Positions 1 to 8,843 of a stretch of DNA of 64,000 nt are shown here, piece after piece. Under the pieces are notes generated by a model, which was not told the origin of the DNA, searched no databases, and saw nothing but the letters and a program-made list of their open reading frames with translations. Origin of the DNA: Clostridiales bacterium (GTDB taxonomy: Bacteria > Bacillota > Clostridia > Christensenellales > CAG-138); assembly GCA_004558825.1 (NCBI GenBank), contig SFDB01000004.1, positions 52,678 to 116,677 on the forward strand, in the 5' to 3' direction. Each line of letters opens with the position of its first letter. The first letter of the stretch is position 1. Made by a program: the position numbers and the translations under genes.

Positions 1-35
1 ATTTGAAAATGAATGTTTTGGTGTAGGAGGACATC

Positions 36-1382
36 TTGGATAGTTTAATATGGCAGCTTCTGCTGCAGCTTTTTCTGATTTTTCTTAACGCAGTCTTTGC
101 CTGTGCGGAGATTGCCGTGCTTTCCGTCAATGAGCTTTCTTTGAAGAGGCTCGCCAATGAGGGGAATAAACGCGCCGTACGCCTTCAAAAGCTTACGAGC
201 CATCCCGCAAAATTTCTTGCCACGATACAGGTCGCCATAACGCTCTCGGGTTTTCTTGGCAGCGCATTTGCAGCCGATAATTTTTCAGAGCTTATCGTTA
301 ACGGCCTCATAAAAATTGGCGCAAAGATACCGCCCGCAACGCTTCACACGCTTTCGGTCATACTGATCACAATCATTCTCTCGTACATAACGCTCGTGTT
401 CGGTGAGCTTGTTCCGAAACGTATTGCAATGAAAAAAACGGAACGCATTGCGCTCGGCCTTTCGGCGCCCGTGACATTCATATCGAAGCTCTTTGCCCCG
501 ATAGTCTGGCTCCTTACAGTATCAACGAACGGTATACTCCGGCTTTTGGGCATAAGTCCCGAAGCTGAAGAGGAAGAAGTTACCGAGGAGGAGATACGCT
601 TTATGGTTGACGTCGGCAGCGAAAACGGCGCCATCGACGTATCGGAAAAAGAGATAATCAATAACGTTTTCGAGTTCGACGACATATCGCTCGACGAGCT
701 TTGTACTCACAGGACAGAAATATCCATGCTTTGGAGCGATGAAAGCGACAAGCAGTGGGAGGAGACGATAACCCAAAGCCGCCATTCTATGTATCCCGTA
801 TGCGGCGAAAGCGTCGACGACATAATAGGCGTGCTCAGCACGAAGGACTATTTCAGGCTGAAAGATAAATCGCGCGAGTCTGTCATGCACAGAGCGGTCA
901 GGCCGGCATACTTTGTGCCCGAATCTATAAGCGCCGCAGTTCTTTTTGCTAACATGAAAAAAACGCATAACTATTTCGCAGTTGTTCTCGACGAGCACGG
1001 CGGAATGAGCGGTATAGTCACGATGATGGATTTGCTCGAGCAGATCGTCGGCAATTTCGAGTACGATGACGACCCCGAACCCGAAGCCTCCATAGAACGC
1101 ATAGACTCAAACACTTGGAAAATACTCGGGCAGCCATTACTTGAGGATATTACGGAAAAAATGGGCGTAGAGTTCGACGACGATGAGGATTTTGACACAT
1201 TCAGCGGACTCGTATTCGACGCCTACGGCTTCATCCCCCCGGACGGGAGCGTTTTCGAGGTAGATGCGCACGGTATGCATATAAAGGTCACTCAAATTGA
1301 GGATCATAAGGTTCAGCAGGCTACGGTTTGCCTGCTGAATCCCGAAACAAAAAGCGAACAAGCCGAAACAAGCGGCATGTAA
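36..1382 (+). CDS. HlyC/CorC (CNNM/DUF21) family transporter with CBS pair and CorC_HlyC C-terminal domain
   Basis: 448-aa ORF with a TTG start 5 nt after AGGAGG (25-30). N-terminal multi-TM region, acidic linker, CBS-like middle and a C-terminal transporter-associated region, as in the TlyC/CorC family. Confidence 0.85.
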   Translation: MDSLIWQLLLQLFLIFLNAVFACAEIAVLSVNELSLKRLANEGNKRAVRLQKLTSHPAKFLATIQVAITLSGFLGSAFAADNFSELIVNGLIKIGAKIPPATLHTLSVILITIILSYITLVFGELVPKRIAMKKTERIALGLSAPVTFISKLFAPIVWLLTVSTNGILRLLGISPEAEEEEVTEEEIRFMVDVGSENGAIDVSEKEIINNVFEFDDISLDELCTHRTEISMLWSDESDKQWEETITQSRHSMYPVCGESVDDIIGVLSTKDYFRLKDKSRESVMHRAVRPAYFVPESISAAVLFANMKKTHNYFAVVLDEHGGMSGIVTMMDLLEQIVGNFEYDDDPEPEASIERIDSNTWKILGQPLLEDITEKMGVEFDDDEDFDTFSGLVFDAYGFIPPDGSVFEVDAHGMHIKVTQIEDHKVQQATVCLLNPETKSEQAETSGM

Positions 1383-1394
1383 TGCTCCGGATTA

Positions 1395-1425
1395 TCGAAA
1401 AAGTGGCTTTAAGCCACTTTTTCGA
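1395..1425. terminator. Bidirectional intrinsic terminator hairpin between convergent genes
   Basis: 13-bp perfect stem TCGAAAAAGTGGC / GCCACTTTTTCGA with a 5-nt loop. A/T runs sit on both sides. Confidence 0.6.
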
Positions 1426-1511
1426 ACTTTTTACTCCATCAAAGGCGCAGAGCCGATTAACAATAAGCAGGCAACGCCGCTTCGAAAAATGCCGTCACGT
1501 TTTGTATCGCG

Positions 1512-1907
1512 TTATTTTTGAAAAAGACTGAGCGCCATAGCTGCAAGCATACCCGAAAATCCGCCCATAGCAATATCTGTAAGCAGCGCAGTCGTTATGG
1601 AGAACGTTCCCGACAGCGCTGAAAACACGGCAAACGCGCACGTCATAAACACAACTCCCGCCAGTGCGCCTACGAGCCAGCGCCGCGATGAGATGTTTTT
1701 TACCGCAATCATAGCCGCTATCACGGAGCAAAGAACCTTTACCACCGTAACCGCTACCTGCGTACCGTTTTCATCAAGCACACCTTGCTGCATCAATACG
1801 GCTGTCAGCACTATAAGCCCTATAGCTATAACCGATGTTATCAGCGACGACTTTATAAGGCTCGACACCGGTCCCGCATTCTTCTGTTTTTCCGCGCTCA
1901 TTCTCAT
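1512..1907 (-). CDS. Small polytopic membrane protein, TIGR04086/YrzE-like
   Basis: 131-aa ORF with about 4 hydrophobic helices. The Gly/Ala-rich pattern resembles the YrzE family. Family assignment is from memory only. Confidence 0.5.
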   Translation of the reverse strand: MRMSAEKQKNAGPVSSLIKSSLITSVIAIGLIVLTAVLMQQGVLDENGTQVAVTVVKVLCSVIAAMIAVKNISSRRWLVGALAGVVFMTCAFAVFSALSGTFSITTALLTDIAMGGFSGMLAAMALSLFQK

Positions 1908-1971
1908 GCTCTCACCTCATATATTGTTTATAGACTATTATTCATTTTCGCCGGAGTTTATTCTTGCGCCG

Positions 1972-2994
1972 TTACAGCTCGGCCATATTTGACACAAGCC
2001 CATTATCAAATTCAAACGAAAACAGTCGCGCCTCGGATATGCCGCCCGCGCCGCGGCTTATAAGCCCGACGGCTGTCCCTAAAACGTCGCCAACGGGCGT
2101 ACGCACTGACGAAAACTCTCCCAAAAACGTGCGTATCTGCGAGAAATCAAGGTTTTTTCGCATATCTTCCGTCAAATATGACATAGTCTCTTCACGAAAT
2201 CCCTCTTTCACAGCCTCGCAAAACGCTCGTGCCGTGTCTGCATTTCCCTTGGGCCGTTCATAGGCTCTTGTGAAAAACCCTCTGTCGCGCTTCTGTATCT
2301 TGAATTCGCCCCGTACATATTCATGCACCGTCATTTCCTCATGACGAAGCAGCGTATTCGCCCGCTTTATGCAGACTATACGTCCGTCCTCAACAAACAC
2401 GCTGTCGCCTTCCACGTCGAGTATCGGCCTAAACAAACCGTCGAGCGCTACCGCACGCTCTGCGTCAACAAGCTTTGCGTGTATTACGCTCAAAAGAACA
2501 TCCCCTGCGTCGATGAAGCTTATGCTTCCATGCGTCCCGTAGCCAAGCGCATACCCCATCGTCGCGCCGCACGCGCCCTCCTCGGCGACCGCACGAAGCC
2601 CGTTTTCATAGTAAAGCGTAATTGTCGCAGGCGTACCGCTGTGCTGCGGAACGCTCATGCGCTCAACCACATGCGGAGGCGTTGCCGCCGCGTCGTAAAC
2701 CTTGCAAACTTTCATGCCTATTTCATACACACCCTGCGGCCATTTTACGACATCTGCATCGTCTGACGCTCCCTTTGTCATAACTCCGCCCTCAAATGTG
2801 AACTTGCGCATTACCGCGCAGTGCTTCATCGATCCCGCGTGATTCAGCGGATGAGCGCATATATAGTAATCACCCGTATCGGAAACGGGGAGCGCGACAT
2901 GTCCGCCGTTCGAGCATTCGCCTGCGGGCTGTCCGTTGACCGTTATGAGCGCGTCTGCGTCGCTGCGGATTATTACAAGCGGTACGGGTATCAC
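1972..2994 (-). CDS. Hypothetical protein (no family recognised)
   Basis: 340-aa ORF with composition typical of the surrounding genes. It fills the gap between flanking genes. No motif recognised. Confidence 0.55.
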   Translation of the reverse strand: MIPVPLVIIRSDADALITVNGQPAGECSNGGHVALPVSDTGDYYICAHPLNHAGSMKHCAVMRKFTFEGGVMTKGASDDADVVKWPQGVYEIGMKVCKVYDAAATPPHVVERMSVPQHSGTPATITLYYENGLRAVAEEGACGATMGYALGYGTHGSISFIDAGDVLLSVIHAKLVDAERAVALDGLFRPILDVEGDSVFVEDGRIVCIKRANTLLRHEEMTVHEYVRGEFKIQKRDRGFFTRAYERPKGNADTARAFCEAVKEGFREETMSYLTEDMRKNLDFSQIRTFLGEFSSVRTPVGDVLGTAVGLISRGAGGISEARLFSFEFDNGLVSNMAEL

Positions 2995-3092
2995 TTAATC
3001 GCCTCCGATCAATCTAAATTATGCGTGCACAGACGTGCGATATGCAAGAATCTTAAACGGTAGAGCGCATATTATTAATCGAGGTGATATAG

Positions 3093-3353
3093 ATGCTTTG
3101 CACAACCTTTTCGGAGCTAAGACGAAAGGAAGTCATAAACATATGCGACGGTGCGCGCCTCGGCTGCATATGCGACCTTGAGCTCGATCAATGCACGGGC
3201 GTTATAAGCGCCATAGTCGTGCCGGGTCAGAGCCGATTCTTCGGCATATTGAAGAGCGCGGAGGAGCTCGTCATACCTTACTGTAAAATAGTAAAAATCG
3301 GTGAAGATGTTATACTTGTCGATGTAAACCTGCCTTGCCGAAGCGATAAATAA
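3093..3353 (+). CDS. ylmC: YlmC/YmxH family sporulation protein (PRC-barrel)
   Basis: 86 aa. The pattern ELRRKEVINICDGARLG...D...G.I.AIVVPG is characteristic of YlmC/YmxH. RBS GAGGTGA lies upstream. Confidence 0.8.
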   Translation: MLCTTFSELRRKEVINICDGARLGCICDLELDQCTGVISAIVVPGQSRFFGILKSAEELVIPYCKIVKIGEDVILVDVNLPCRSDK

Positions 3354-3452
3354 AAGCCGCCCCGGTTTCCCGAAAGCGGCCGTTTCACCGAAGCCTTAAT
3401 TTTTGCTTCGCATTCTAATTCCGTTTATATCGCCGACGCGAAACAAAGGGGA

Positions 3453-3731
3453 TTAGTGGGCTCTGCGTGCTTTGAAGCACTCGTCGCAATAGATCGGCTT
3501 GTCGTTTTTGGGCATGAACGGGACTGTCGTCTGTGCGCCGCACTGAGCGCAAACAGCCGTATGCCTTTCCCTTTCGCCGCCTGCGCGCTGACCCTTACGC
3601 GACGTTCTGCAAGCCTTGCATCTTACGGGCTCATTCTGGAAGCCCTTCTCCGCGTAAAACTCCTGCTCGCCCGCTGTGAACACGAACTCCGCGCCACAGT
3701 CCTTGCAAATAAGTACCTTGTCTTGGAACAT
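3453..3731 (-). CDS. Zinc-ribbon protein (two CxxC-x17-CxxC units)
   Basis: 92 aa. First unit is CKDCG...CKAC and second is CAQCG...CDEC, separated by a basic linker. RBS AAGGGGA lies upstream of the ATG. Confidence 0.8.
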   Translation of the reverse strand: MFQDKVLICKDCGAEFVFTAGEQEFYAEKGFQNEPVRCKACRTSRKGQRAGGERERHTAVCAQCGAQTTVPFMPKNDKPIYCDECFKARRAH

Positions 3732-3982
3732 TTGATAAAAATCCCCTTAGTTTATTTTATTTCACACGATTCCAGCTGACCTGGTCTTTGACCCCACACT
3801 CGCCGCCGGGAGGTATTGCTACTAAGCTTTACGCCGCCCACGCCACCCCTCTCGAACCGAAGGTCCGGACGGACTTACATCTAAACCGCACCATGCTCAC
3901 CGATATCTTTGACCGGCTTACGTGGATCGTTTCGCCTGCGACTGGCATCGACTTTCAACCACAGACCCGCAATCGCGTTACT
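3732..3982 (-). promoter_or_regulatory. Long (about 250 nt) GC-rich 5' leader or candidate ncRNA upstream of the zinc-ribbon gene
   Basis: Lies between a good sigma-A-type promoter (3989-4017) and the ATG at 3731. It contains the 9-mer GGTCAAAGA twice (plus-strand TCTTTGACC at 3785-3793 and 3906-3914) and a variant GGTTGAAAGT (3951-3960). No convincing ORF. Confidence 0.35.
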
Positions 3983-3988
3983 TCGTAC

Positions 3989-4017
3989 AGTATAGATTAA
4001 GCCCATAGAATTTGCAA
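3989..4017 (-). promoter_or_regulatory. Sigma-A-type promoter TTGCAA-17-TATACT
   Basis: On the minus strand, the -35 TTGCAA is at 4012-4017, the spacer is 17 nt, and the -10 TATACT is at 3989-3994. Confidence 0.5.
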
Positions 4018-4072
4018 GCTGTTTTTTTGGGCGATATACGTTATATTTCTGCGATTTTTGCCGTATGCCGCC

Positions 4073-4990
4073 TCACTCTTCAGACTGAAGCTCATCGCTG
4101 AACAGCGCAGTGCTGAGGTATTTTTCTCCTCTGTCGGGGAATGTGCATACGATAACGCCGCGGTCTATGGTCTCTGCCACCCTTACGGCCGCAAGCATCG
4201 CCGCGCCCGAGGACATTCCGACAAATATTCCCTCTTCTCTCGCTATCCTGCGCGCCATTGCGAACGCCTCCTCGGATTCGACCATCACGGTAATATCGAT
4301 GTACTCGGGGTTATAAAGCGTGGGTACTATCGCCTCCTCCATGTTTTTCAGTCCCTGAATATAGTGGCCCCTGACAGGATGTGCCGAAACCACCCTTATG
4401 GACGGGTTAAGCTCTTTTAACCGCTTACCTACGCCCATTATGGTGCCCGACGTTCCCAATGAGGAAACGTAGTGTGTCACCCTGCCCACGGTATCGGTGA
4501 TTATTTCCTCCGCAGTCGTATTGTAATGCGCATACTTATTGTACCTGTTCGAAAACTGGTCGGGCATAAAATACTTCTCGGGGGCTTGAGCGACTATGCG
4601 CCGTGCCTCCCTTATCGCTCCGTCAGTGCCGAGCGCCGAATCCGTGAGCACAACCTTGCCGCCTAACGCCGTTATCATCCTGCGCCGCTCTCGCGAAACC
4701 GCTGAGCTCATGACTATCACGACGTCGTAGCCCTTTACTGCGCCTATCATGGCCAGTCCTATGCCGGTGTTGCCCGACGTTGGCTCGATTATAATCTTAT
4801 CGCGGGTTAGCGTGCCCTCGCTCTCGGCCTGCTCAATCATCCTGAGTGCAATCCTGTCCTTTATACTTCCCGTCGGGTTCATACCCTCTATCTTGGCATA
4901 AATCTCGACGTTCGGCTTACTATATATATTGTTGATCCTCACGAGCGGGGTACGCCCGATCGTATCAAGTATTGTGTCGTATGTATGCAT
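4073..4990 (-). CDS. cysK: Cysteine synthase family PLP enzyme (CysK/CysM type)
   Basis: 305 aa with the SIKDR lysine motif, the TSGNTG loop and the overall O-acetylserine sulfhydrylase pattern. Confidence 0.8.
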   Translation of the reverse strand: MHTYDTILDTIGRTPLVRINNIYSKPNVEIYAKIEGMNPTGSIKDRIALRMIEQAESEGTLTRDKIIIEPTSGNTGIGLAMIGAVKGYDVVIVMSSAVSRERRRMITALGGKVVLTDSALGTDGAIREARRIVAQAPEKYFMPDQFSNRYNKYAHYNTTAEEIITDTVGRVTHYVSSLGTSGTIMGVGKRLKELNPSIRVVSAHPVRGHYIQGLKNMEEAIVPTLYNPEYIDITVMVESEEAFAMARRIAREEGIFVGMSSGAAMLAAVRVAETIDRGVIVCTFPDRGEKYLSTALFSDELQSEE

Positions 4991-5046
4991 TCTCTTTTAC
5001 CGCCTCCGATATTGATTTTTAAGCAGAATATGCTTTTAGGGTAACT

Positions 5047-5072
5047 AAAAGGGAGGAAAACAATTCCTCCCC
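5047..5072 (-). terminator. Intrinsic terminator of thrS
   Basis: On the minus strand the hairpin GGGAGGAA-TTGT-TTCCTCCC is followed by TTTT. Confidence 0.6.
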
Positions 5073-5109
5073 TTCTTTATGGTATGCGGAGTACGCTATA
5101 TATGTTCTG

Positions 5110-7017
5110 TCAATCTATTGATTTCGACGCTATCTCATCGCGCACTCTTTCAATAAACTCATCGGCTCCCATTGTTCCAAGATCTCCGCCCTTGCGCGAC
5201 CTTACGGCCACTACGTCGTTTTCGACCTCTTTGTCGCCCATGACGAGCATATACGGCGTCTTTTTAAGCTGAGCCTCGCGAATCTTGAAGCCTATCTTCT
5301 CGTTGCGCATATCTATCTCAGCGCGTATGCCGCATGCATCAAGCCTTTGCTTAAGCGCTATGCAAGCCTCGTGCGTACGGTCGGTTATCGGCAGTATCAT
5401 CACCTGAACCGGCGCGAGCCATGTCGGGAACGCCCCTGCAAAATGCTCCGTTATTACGCCTATAAAGCGCTCGATAGAGCCGAATACTACGCGGTGTATC
5501 ATAACCGGCCTGTGTTTTTGGCCGTCCGCTCCGATATACTCGAGCTCGAAACGCTCGGGAAGCTGCATATCAAGCTGTATCGTTCCGCACTGCCATGTGC
5601 GTCCGAGACAGTCGGAAAGATGGAAGTCGAGCTTCGGTCCATAGAACGCGCCGTCTCCCTCGTTAACCTCGTATTCCTTGCCCATCTCGGTCACCGCCTC
5701 ACGAAGCGTCTGCGTTGCGAACTCCCAATCCCTTTCATCGCCCATATGATCCTCGGGCATTGTCGAAAGCTCTATCTTATACGAAAGTCCGAACGTAGAA
5801 TAGACTTCATCGAACAGCCTTACCACGTTCTTTATCTCGCCCTTCATCTGATCCCACGTCATGAAAATATGAGCATCGTCCTGCGTAAAGCAGCGTACAC
5901 GGAAAAGACCGTGCAGTGCGCCCGAAAGCTCATGCCTGTGAACGAGTCCAAGTTCTCCCACTCTCAGCGGCAGATCGCGGTACGAATGAAGCTCCGTCTT
6001 ATATACAAGCATGCCGCCCGGGCAGTTCATCGGCTTTATTGCGAAGTCTTCTTCATCGATAACGGTTGTATACATGTTATCCTTATAATGATACCAGTGG
6101 CCGCTCGTCTCCCAAAGCTTTCTGTTAAGTATCATCGGCGTCGATACTTCGACGTATCCGTATCTCTTATGCACTTCGCGCCAATAGTCGATAAGCGTGT
6201 TTTTAAGCACCATGCCCTTGGGAAGGAAGAACGGGAAGCCCGGACCTTCATCCATTATAGTAAAAAGGCCGAGTTCCTTGCCTATGCGCCTATGGTCGCG
6301 CTTTTTGGCCTCTTCAAGGCGCGCGATATATTCATCCAACTCCGACTTTTTCTCAAAAGCCGTTGCGTATATACGCTTAAGCATCTTGTTTTTTTCGCTG
6401 CCGCGCCAGTATGCGCCCGCAACGCTCATGAGCTTCACATTCTTAATCCTTCCCGTTGCTTCAACGTGCGGACCCGCGCAAAGATCAACGAAATCTCCCT
6501 GCCTGTAGAAGCTTATAACCGCGTCCTCGGGCAAATCCTCAATGAGCTCCACCTTGTACGGCTCATCGAGCTCCCTCATGTACTTGAGCGCCTCCTCACG
6601 GGGAAGCTCAAAGCGCTCAAGCGGTATGTTCTCGCCCGCAATCTTTACTATCTCTTTCTCAATCTTCTCAAAATCGTCGGGCGTAAACGCATATTCCGTA
6701 TCAAAATCATAATAGAACCCGTTATCGATAGCCGGGCCTATGGCAAGCTTTACGTCGGGGTAAAGGCGCTTGACCGCCTGCGCAAGCATATGCGCAGCAG
6801 TGTGACGATATGTCCACTTGCCGCCGTCATCGGCAAACGTAAGTATTTTAAGCTCATGATCGCCGTCTATAGGCATACGAAGATCGTAGAGCTTGCCGTC
6901 AAGTTCGGCCGCAAGCGCGGCTTTTTTAAGCCTCGGGCTTATGCTCTCGGCTATCGCGGCGGCATTTATGCCGTCGTCGTATTGACGTACTGAGCCGTCG
7001 GGAAAAGTGATGTTCAT
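5110..7017 (-). CDS. thrS: Threonine--tRNA ligase
   Basis: 635 aa with a TGS domain N-terminus, a class II catalytic core and an anticodon-binding C-terminus. A T-box leader lies upstream. Confidence 0.97.
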   Translation of the reverse strand: MNITFPDGSVRQYDDGINAAAIAESISPRLKKAALAAELDGKLYDLRMPIDGDHELKILTFADDGGKWTYRHTAAHMLAQAVKRLYPDVKLAIGPAIDNGFYYDFDTEYAFTPDDFEKIEKEIVKIAGENIPLERFELPREEALKYMRELDEPYKVELIEDLPEDAVISFYRQGDFVDLCAGPHVEATGRIKNVKLMSVAGAYWRGSEKNKMLKRIYATAFEKKSELDEYIARLEEAKKRDHRRIGKELGLFTIMDEGPGFPFFLPKGMVLKNTLIDYWREVHKRYGYVEVSTPMILNRKLWETSGHWYHYKDNMYTTVIDEEDFAIKPMNCPGGMLVYKTELHSYRDLPLRVGELGLVHRHELSGALHGLFRVRCFTQDDAHIFMTWDQMKGEIKNVVRLFDEVYSTFGLSYKIELSTMPEDHMGDERDWEFATQTLREAVTEMGKEYEVNEGDGAFYGPKLDFHLSDCLGRTWQCGTIQLDMQLPERFELEYIGADGQKHRPVMIHRVVFGSIERFIGVITEHFAGAFPTWLAPVQVMILPITDRTHEACIALKQRLDACGIRAEIDMRNEKIGFKIREAQLKKTPYMLVMGDKEVENDVVAVRSRKGGDLGTMGADEFIERVRDEIASKSID

Positions 7018-7029
7018 ATATTAAACCTC

Positions 7030-7255
7030 CGTGTTATTTATAAATAAAAAACGCCCCCGAATAACAGGGACGAGCAACTGCCCGCGGTTCCACCCTAATT
7101 GGATACACCCACTTTTCGGGACTTTATCGCTTCCCAAGCGCCGCAGTCACGGGACGGTACGCATCGACTTAAGCGTAAAAGCGGTCACAGCCAAGCCGCC
7201 TTCTCTCTGAAACGCTGTTTTCCAGTGTGCGCTCCCCGCTCAACCCACAGAAAGA
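7030..7255 (-). promoter_or_regulatory. T-box leader (tRNA-Thr sensing) with terminator
   Basis: The conserved T-box sequence AATTAGGGTGGAACCGCGGG is the reverse complement of 7081-7100. A terminator hairpin plus T-run follows (about 7040-7062). An AGAGAG element is present upstream. A possible ACC specifier is at 7156-7158. Confidence 0.85.
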
Positions 7256-7262
7256 CAGATTG

Positions 7263-7291
7263 ATTATATTGCAAGTATTCTTTATTGTCAA
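7263..7291 (-). promoter_or_regulatory. Consensus sigma-A promoter TTGACA-17-TATAAT for the thrS leader
   Basis: The -35 is at 7286-7291 and the -10 at 7263-7268, with an exactly 17-nt spacer. Confidence 0.65.
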
Positions 7292-7376
7292 TCAGTTTAT
7301 GCGTTTTATTTGCATATTGAAAATTGCGATAAAAAGCGGGCCTCCGTTTGGGAAGCCCGCGCGCTGTTTCAGCTAA

Positions 7377-8573
7377 CTATTTATGCGTCTCGTTATACTT
7401 CTTTATGCCGAGAGCAAGAAGGTCCATTGCCCTTTCAAGGTCAGCCTGCTTCAGAACGTAGGCAATCCTTATCTCGTTATTTCCCTTGCCCTTCGTCGCG
7501 TAAAAACCGCCGCCCGGCGCAAACATAACCGTCTCACCGTTGTCGTCGAAATCGGTAAGCAGCCAGAGCTGGAACTTATCGGCATCGTCTACGGGCAGCT
7601 TTGCCATTATGTAGAACGCGCCCTTGGGCTCGGCGCAGACAACGCCCGGTATCTCAAGAAGCTTTTTGTAGCATGTGTCGCGGCGCAGACGGTACTCATC
7701 GCGCACGGCATCAAAGTAGTCGGCGTCCACCGAGTAAAGCGCCGCCGAAGCAACCTGGTCGAGCGTGGCTACGCTCAAGCGCGCCTGGCAGAATTTCAGA
7801 AGCTGCTGCTGCAGCTCCTTATTCTTCGTGATTATAGTGCCTATCCTTGCGCCGCACGCCGAGAAACGCTTCGAAACGGAATCGATTATTACCGCGTTTT
7901 CCTTTATGTCGTCAAACTCGCCTATCGATGCAAGCGGCTCGCCGCCGTATACAAATTCGCGGTACACTTCATCGCCGATAACGTAGAGATTATGCTCCTT
8001 GGCGATGTCGGCTATCATGCGCATTTCATCGCGCGAAAGCACAAAGCCTGTCGGATTGCCGGGGTTTGTGAACATGATGGCACGCGTCTTCTCGTTTATA
8101 AGCGTCTCAATCTTTTCGCGATTTGCATAGTTATAGCCTTCCTCGGGCGTCGTCGTAAGGGGACGGATAACACCGCCCGCAGAATTGACGAACGTGGAAT
8201 AATTGGGATAGAACGGCTCGGGAATTATTATCTCGCTGCCTTCGTCCAAAATACTGAGCATGAGCATCTGAAGCGCTTCACTGCCGCCCGTCGTTATAAG
8301 TATATCGTTTGCGTCGTATTCAATGCCTATACCGTCATAATACTTAATTACGGCATCGATCATCTCAGGCATTCCCGGCGACGGAGCATATGCCAAAACA
8401 GGCTGTTCAAAGTTCCTGAGCGCCTCAAAATATGCCGGCGGCGTCGCTATGTCGGGCTGGCCGATATTAAGATGATAAATCTTTTTTCCCTTGGCCTTCG
8501 CCTCAACGGCATAGGGGTGATATTTGCGCATGGGCGACAAGGCGCAACGCTGCGCCTTACTCGATACCTTCAT
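7377..8573 (-). CDS. Class I/II PLP-dependent aminotransferase (aspartate aminotransferase family)
   Basis: The SKRFSACGARIG lysine motif is present. The start was moved to the ATG at 8573 (MKVSSK), which has AGGAGG 11 nt upstream. The longer ORF starting at 8618 lacks an RBS. Confidence 0.85.
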   Translation of the reverse strand: MKVSSKAQRCALSPMRKYHPYAVEAKAKGKKIYHLNIGQPDIATPPAYFEALRNFEQPVLAYAPSPGMPEMIDAVIKYYDGIGIEYDANDILITTGGSEALQMLMLSILDEGSEIIIPEPFYPNYSTFVNSAGGVIRPLTTTPEEGYNYANREKIETLINEKTRAIMFTNPGNPTGFVLSRDEMRMIADIAKEHNLYVIGDEVYREFVYGGEPLASIGEFDDIKENAVIIDSVSKRFSACGARIGTIITKNKELQQQLLKFCQARLSVATLDQVASAALYSVDADYFDAVRDEYRLRRDTCYKKLLEIPGVVCAEPKGAFYIMAKLPVDDADKFQLWLLTDFDDNGETVMFAPGGGFYATKGKGNNEIRIAYVLKQADLERAMDLLALGIKKYNETHK

Positions 8574-8843
8574 TATTACACTAACCTCCTGCATTGTAAA
8601 TGCGGCACACAGCCGCACGTTTTTATTGAAAATCCAAATAAGAGTATACGCTCAACCTTCACCTGCGTCAACAACTCGCGCAGGTTTCTATTATAATATA
8701 TGATATGGATGAAGGCGTACCGTTTGTATATTTCACGAAATACGTTTACATATGCGGGATATATACTTATAATTGTTTTTCGTAGCGTATAGTGAGCGGT
8801 TTTGCACATCATACGTCATTCCGTCAAAAGAAGGTGAACACCC

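Noticed and set aside
3732-3985. SRP RNA, RNase P RNA or 6S RNA
   Set aside because: There are superficial matches (CCAGGTCAG, AGATGTAAGTCCG). But it lacks the SRP GGAA/AGCA helix-8 core and the RNase P GAGGAAAGTCC and ACAGAA motifs, and the length is wrong. No convincing 6S-like extended closing stem could be drawn.
3788-4000. 70-aa plus-strand ORF
   Set aside because: It has no RBS, an odd Pro/Thr-rich composition, and lies inside the leader region transcribed from the opposite strand.
5347-6993. 548-aa ORF on the plus strand
   Set aside because: It lies entirely antisense to thrS, which is unambiguous. Its composition is Arg/Leu/Tyr/His/Lys-rich, typical of shadow frames. It has no RBS and no recognisable motif.
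7383-8696. 437-aa ORF on the plus strand
   Set aside because: It is a shadow frame opposite the aminotransferase gene. The same reasoning applies to 16813-18519, 37135-37908, 39380-40870, 52268-53368, 58901-59605 and 60355-61440, which are opposite secA, mraY, pbp, tilS, the glmL-like gene and oraE.
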